This document shows, one piece after another, positions 58,701 to 64,000 of a DNA stretch of 64,000 nt. The notes under the pieces are model-generated. The model made no database searches. It saw only the letters and a list, made by a program, of their open reading frames with translations, and was not told the DNA's origin. The DNA comes from the human T2T-CHM13v2.0 reference genome, Homo sapiens, in the NCBI RefSeq assembly GCF_009914755.1, contig NC_060935.1, one strand, 5' to 3'. Within the stretch, counting starts at the first letter, position 1. Each line of letters starts with the position of its first letter. The translations under genes were made by a program, and so were the position numbers.

Positions 58701-59445
58701 CTTCAGATTCACCTCCTGTCTCCTCTGCTGAGCTCACCTCACCCCAGGCAGGCAGCTGTATTGGATAGGTGCAATATTTAGGATAGATCACTATCATCCC
58801 TACTCTGGGGTTCACATTTGGCACCTTAGCTCTGCCATCAATTAATGGACACTTTGCTCTTCTATGTCAACTTCATCCAAGCTCTTACCTTTTAGGTGCC
58901 TTCAGTCATAAGTCAGGTTCAACCTGTATACAACCAGATGTCTCCAAAGCCCAGGAACATGTGTCAAACTCTCTAAATGTTTCTCTGCAGGTCCCCTCAT
59001 AAGTCTTAGTGTAGGCAAGCATCCCTCTCCCAGCCACAGCCCTGTGTGTATTCTCTCTAAAGAAATTTTTGCTACGGTTCACTTTAACTTCCTGAAAGGT
59101 CCTTTACTTTCCCTTATATATCCCAGGTGCTATCAGAACCACTTCCATCATTATTTAGTCTGTGAAGGTCTAGTACCACATTTTAGGGTATGGTATATTG
59201 AGCATCCGTGATAATATTCTCAGCCTTTTAAACCTCAGTTCAAAATCCAAGACAATGAAAGTCATATGTAATCTCTTGTTAAACTAATTTTTATCAAAGA
59301 TTCTTTAGTGCCAGGCTTAGCATTGGGCATTTTGCATGTCATTTGTCAATAATCTAATTAAAGTAGACATATTATCACCTCCATTTTACAGATGAGAAAA
59401 TTCAGGCCAAGAATTGGTAAATAATGAGAAAAAAACAAAGAACAT

Positions 59446-59814
59446 TGATTTGGTTTGGTCCTGTGTCCTCACCCAAATCTCATCTTGAATTGTAGTCCTC
59501 ATGTGTTGAGGAAGGGACCTGGTGGGAAGTGATTGGATCCTGGGGGCAATTTCTCTCTTGCTGTTCTCGTGATAGTGAGGGAGTTCTTATGAGATCTGAT
59601 GATTTTAAAAGTGGTAGTTTGCCCTGTGCACTCTCTTTCTTTCTTGCCACCATGTAAGATGTGCCTTGCTTCTCCTTTCACCTTCTGCCACAATTGTAAG
59701 TTTCCTGAGGCCTCCCCAGCCATGCCACACTGTGAGTCAATTAAACCTCTTCTCTTTATGAATTACCCAGTCTCAGGAAGTATCTTTATATCAGTGGCAA
59801 AATGGACTAATACA
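59446..59814 (+). mobile_element. MaLR solo LTR (THE1D/MSTA-like) inserted in a MIR
   Basis: TGAtttggtttgg..cacccaaatctcatcttgaattgta ... attaaacctct..aattacccagtctcagg..ggactaataCA; TSD aacat / aatat. Confidence 0.93.
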
Positions 59815-60853
59815 AATATTCACACAAATAATGAAAAGCTGAACACTGACTGAAACTCAGGAAGACTGCTTTCAGAGTCCATAGTCTTAATCATGACACC
59901 ATCTTGCCAAGTGAGAGGTAGATAAATATGAAGTTGTCTGCCTATTTCCCTCAGTTGTCTCTTCAAATCCTACTCCAAGTGGTTTAAGACATAATGAGAT
60001 ATCAAAGGAATTTTATGCAAGCTCCTTAAGAATAGCAAGAGAAAAGGCTATTTGTCATGTAGGTAATCCACTTTAAGGAACGTGAATATCCAGGCTGGAA
60101 TGGGGTGTGCCAGTTGAAGTATATGGGACAATGGCAAGATGAAGCTGGTACCCTGCAGGAGGGAGTGGTAGAAAAGAAAGGTGACATGAGGAGAAGAGTA
60201 AAGAAACGTTTTTATCTTTTTCTCAACTTCAAGTTTTTCTGATTAGCTCCAAGGAAGGTAGGATTCTTTCTGATGGTGAATTGATGCTTTCTAATGACTT
60301 ATGGGCAGAAAGGCAAGATACGCATACTGTAGAGGAGGGAGAGCCAGTATACTTATTGATTTGAATCTAAATGAAACAGAGGTGAAAAGAAATAGTACTC
60401 ATTGATTTTGGCTACCTTTCTAATAGTGATTATGATTATCTTGTAAGTGAAAGTATTTTGTTATTGGGTTTCCAGTGACTTTACATATTTTCAATTTCAT
60501 TCTTTGAAGATCCCGTTAACAGTTTGCTAGATCACTGTATTTGTAATTTTCTCCATCTTACAGTCCTCCAGTTCAAACTAGTTTAGCCCTAATAGAGTGG
60601 AGACCTAGACTTAGTATTTTACTAGAGAAGGTGACTGACTGTAAGGCACACATTTTTCAGCATGAAAAACATTCTCAATGATTTTCTAATAACAAATAAT
60701 ATTTTTTAAAATATTGATATAATCTATCATCTATACAATTATCAGAGCAATTATGATATTAAATTTATTTGATGGTATCCCCTCTTGCTTAACCTTCTTG
60801 TTCCCATGTCCTTGATTATATAGACTACAAAAATTACAGATGGACAATTTTTT

Positions 60854-61010
<157 letters not shown>

Positions 61011-62748
61011 CACATGGGCAATTTTTTATAGCAGGGAGTGGAATGTAACATTTGTACTTACTGTATGAGATTCAAGTGTAATTAGTCTCCTATTATCAAA
61101 TACATTCAGATTCATAAATCAAAGGCCTGTAATTATTGCCTCCAGTATGTCAACTGCTAAAACTACCTTTTTTTTTCCCTAAAAACGATTTTGTTACTGC
61201 TCCATAGATTAGCTCCCACAAAACTGCCAAGTCAAAATGTAGGCTTTATTTTTGCTGTCTAGAAATGAACTTCTATTAGGAACTACTGTGATATTTAATT
61301 CTTAGCAAAATGCATCCAATGAAAATAAAGTAATACATTCAGTTTCTGATTTGAAAAGGATTCGCAATGTGTTAGGTGGTGGTGTTTTCTGGGTTGCCCC
61401 CTTGCAGAGCTAGAGCAGGCCCTTGCTCTTCCTTGATGGCTGGGCATCTGCCATGACTTCTGTCACTGCTTGATAGACAACACTTTTTCTCCTCTGCTTG
61501 ATGAAACCAATTATTTTCTTTTCCCGAGAGTGTGTCAATTATGCCATTGTCATCGTGGCAGCCAAAGGCATATTAGTGCTATTTTCTGTTAAATTCACTT
61601 TGAAATCTCAGCATTTGGTTCCAAGATCAATCTGTTCCCTCCCCTCCTTTTTATTTTTATTTTTTTCTGTACTGTAATTGTATTTTGTTATCTCTTTTGA
61701 TATGAAAGTGTCTGCACTTGACATACTGTCAGAGTATTTTTCTTTATCTCTAATACTTTATTGTATATGTCACTGTGATTGTACGATTGTGTCAAAATAT
61801 TTGTCACATTCTCACTTTTGATGTTTAGTATTTGTCCTATTACTGCCACAGATGCAAGATAACCTTTTATCAAATACTTTTATAGACTTCAGAAAGTCTC
61901 AAAGAGTGGTGAAAGAGAAGTTATTCCTGTTATTTCTGAAGCGTTCTGCATATAATTTAAAAACAGAGAAAAGAAGTTTCTCAAATACACAGATTTCCCA
62001 GGTTGCTTGTTAAAGTTGTCAATTTCACTGAACCCTCTTCATGAATTGTTTTCCTGTCATGTTAAATAAATAAAGAATTTTTCCATGTTATTGTTTGAAT
62101 ATAATGACTCTCCTGAACTGGAAACCTGACCTTTATACTGTGAATCCTCACTGCAGCAGAATTCTTTTTTTATCCGCAGTCTCTTGTGGGGGAAAATAAA
62201 TTAAGTCTCTGAGCCATTGTGATTGTAAAGGTATGAGTAGGTATAAAGACCCTATAAACATTAATGGTATTTGGAAGAAAAGCAGAATTAAAGATTTTCT
62301 TCTTGTTCTTCAGGGTTATCTAAGTAAACTATTGAGGAATACATAGATAATCCACTTATAAGAGCTAGAGGCTGATTCTGATAACACAGGGATGAGTTAC
62401 GTTGCTGTTTGCCCAGAATATAAAATTAAAAATGGCCCAGTGTTAATGACTTCTCCTTTTCCCAAATGGACTCAGCATCTTCTGATTTTGAAGGTGATGC
62501 TCGTTCTTGAATTCTCTAAGATCTCTTTCATCCCTTAGCCTTTCTGAAAATGTCACAATCTTAGGTTGGGACTCAGCCCCAGCTCCTTGTGGTGGCCAGT
62601 ACTTATTATCCAGATTTACGCTCCGATGCTCTCTCCCTCTTGAATGTCTTTATATTAACCAGGTATTCCTTTAGAAGTTAGACTAGAATTGTAGCCCTCT
62701 TTTTGATTATTACAAGAAGCTGGGCAATTCTCATTTCTAATCACTTGG

Positions 62749-63140
62749 TGTATGAGTCCATTCTCATGTATGTATGTATGTATGTATGTATGTATGTATG
62801 TATGACAAAGATATACCAGAGACTGGGCAATTTACAAAAGAAGGGGGTTTAATTGGACTTACAGTTCCACGTGGCTGGGAAAGCGTCACAATCATGGTGT
62901 AAGACAAGGAGGAGCAAGTCACATCTTACTTGGATGGTGGCAGGCAGAAAGAGAGCTTGTGCAGGGCAACTCCCATTTTTTGAAACCATCAGATATGGTG
63001 AGCCCCATTCAATATCATGAGAACAGCAGGGAAAGACCCGCACCCATAATTCAATCAACTCCCACTGGGTCCCTCCCACAACACATGGGAGTTATGGAAG
63101 CTACATGATGAGATTTGGGTGAGGACACAGAGCCAAACCA
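62749..63140 (-). mobile_element. THE1A/B solo LTR
   Basis: gagactgggcaatttacaaaagaa..tttaattggacttacagttccacgtggctggg...gatttgggtgaggacacagagccaaacca. Confidence 0.93.
62766..62804. repeat. (ATGT)n tetranucleotide STR inside the THE1 LTR
   Basis: Uninterrupted run of about 9.75 units. Confidence 0.95.
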
Positions 63141-64000
63141 AAGACGATAAAATCTAAATTGGATTAGGCACATGGTTAGGGTGTCAGAGATTATATTAAG
63201 AAAATCTAATTATTGCAAATTCCATTTCAATGCATGGAATCTTTCTCCCAGATGTAGAGACTTTTTATCAAGTTACTTAGGAATGAAGAGTACTAGTAGA
63301 AGCAAAATATATTCACTGGGAGTTCCTTCACAGTGAGGAAAATCTCAGTGGTGTGGATAGTCAGTTCCAGTGGTAAGGTTCAGTTTCATCAGACAATTAT
63401 GCCCATCTGTACTCATGTCACTGAAGGCATGTTTCTCTCCTGCCTTTAGGAAGAAACAAAGAGACAGACTAGCTTCCCTTGTTATTTCAGTGTGTTAAAG
63501 CAATCACTTACTGTTTATTATACTAATTAATTATCTCCCTATTTATTTTGTGCAATTATTGCTTTTACTTAGTGGGTAGATAATTCCTGTTAGCAGAAGT
63601 ATAAAAGCAGAAATTTAGAAAGATCTAAAACGCTGACTCAGAATTTGGCACTTAAATGGGAAAGTTCGAAGATATTCTTAGGATACTATGTCCTGGCATG
63701 AACTTGAATTGTTTTTCATCACTTTTTGAGCATCGGTTCTGCTTGCTGAATTCCTGAGTTATGGTTGCTCATTGTTTGAACTTGAAATGAACTGCCTTCT
63801 CTAATAGGCTTCATCTTCATTATAAGTTGATATAACAAATAAGTTTAAATAAGTAATTAGATGCCAGGGCTCTTGAAGAGTGATTTATTAGGAGAAGATA
63901 AATTTTTAGAAAACAAATATGAGGCTATTAAGATGTTGACAGAAGATGAGGACAGTCGCTATTAGAATTTTATAAACAAGTGTTAAAGAGTCTCTTTTTA

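Noticed and set aside
58560-59200. GC-richer stretch possibly derived from an old LTR
   Set aside because: I could not match termini or diagnostic motifs with confidence.

Overview
AT-rich, repeat-dense primate (human-like) genomic DNA, most likely intronic or intergenic. The primate call rests on AluJ/S/Y, L1PA/L1PB and THE1/LTR9-type elements. There is no intact cellular CDS, CRISPR array or operon. The only ORFs with real homology are retroelement fossils: L1 ORF2 pieces and ERVL protease/RT remnants. The window is a stack of nested insertions: 9 Alus, several L1s of different ages, MaLR/ERV1/ERVL LTRs, a partial ERVL provirus with LTR and PBS, Charlie1a/MER DNA transposons, and L2/MIR relics. 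The most notable structures read directly from the sequence are: (1) a compound insertion at 32125-32901 (L1PA 3' end with a 19-nt micro-inversion, an 82-bp putative 3' transduction with its own poly(A), and an Alu that landed in the L1's target-site duplication); (2) a twin-primed, internally deleted L1PB with a 20-bp TSD; (3) a tailless 5S rRNA retropseudogene with a TSD; (4) a well-signalled 39-nt + strand candidate exon at 747-785; (5) two direct-repeat/perfect-hairpin scars typical of template switching. I found no evidence for a wholly new biological system. Subfamily names come from recalled consensus sequences and need RepeatMasker/Dfam confirmation, and boundaries of old repeats are approximate.
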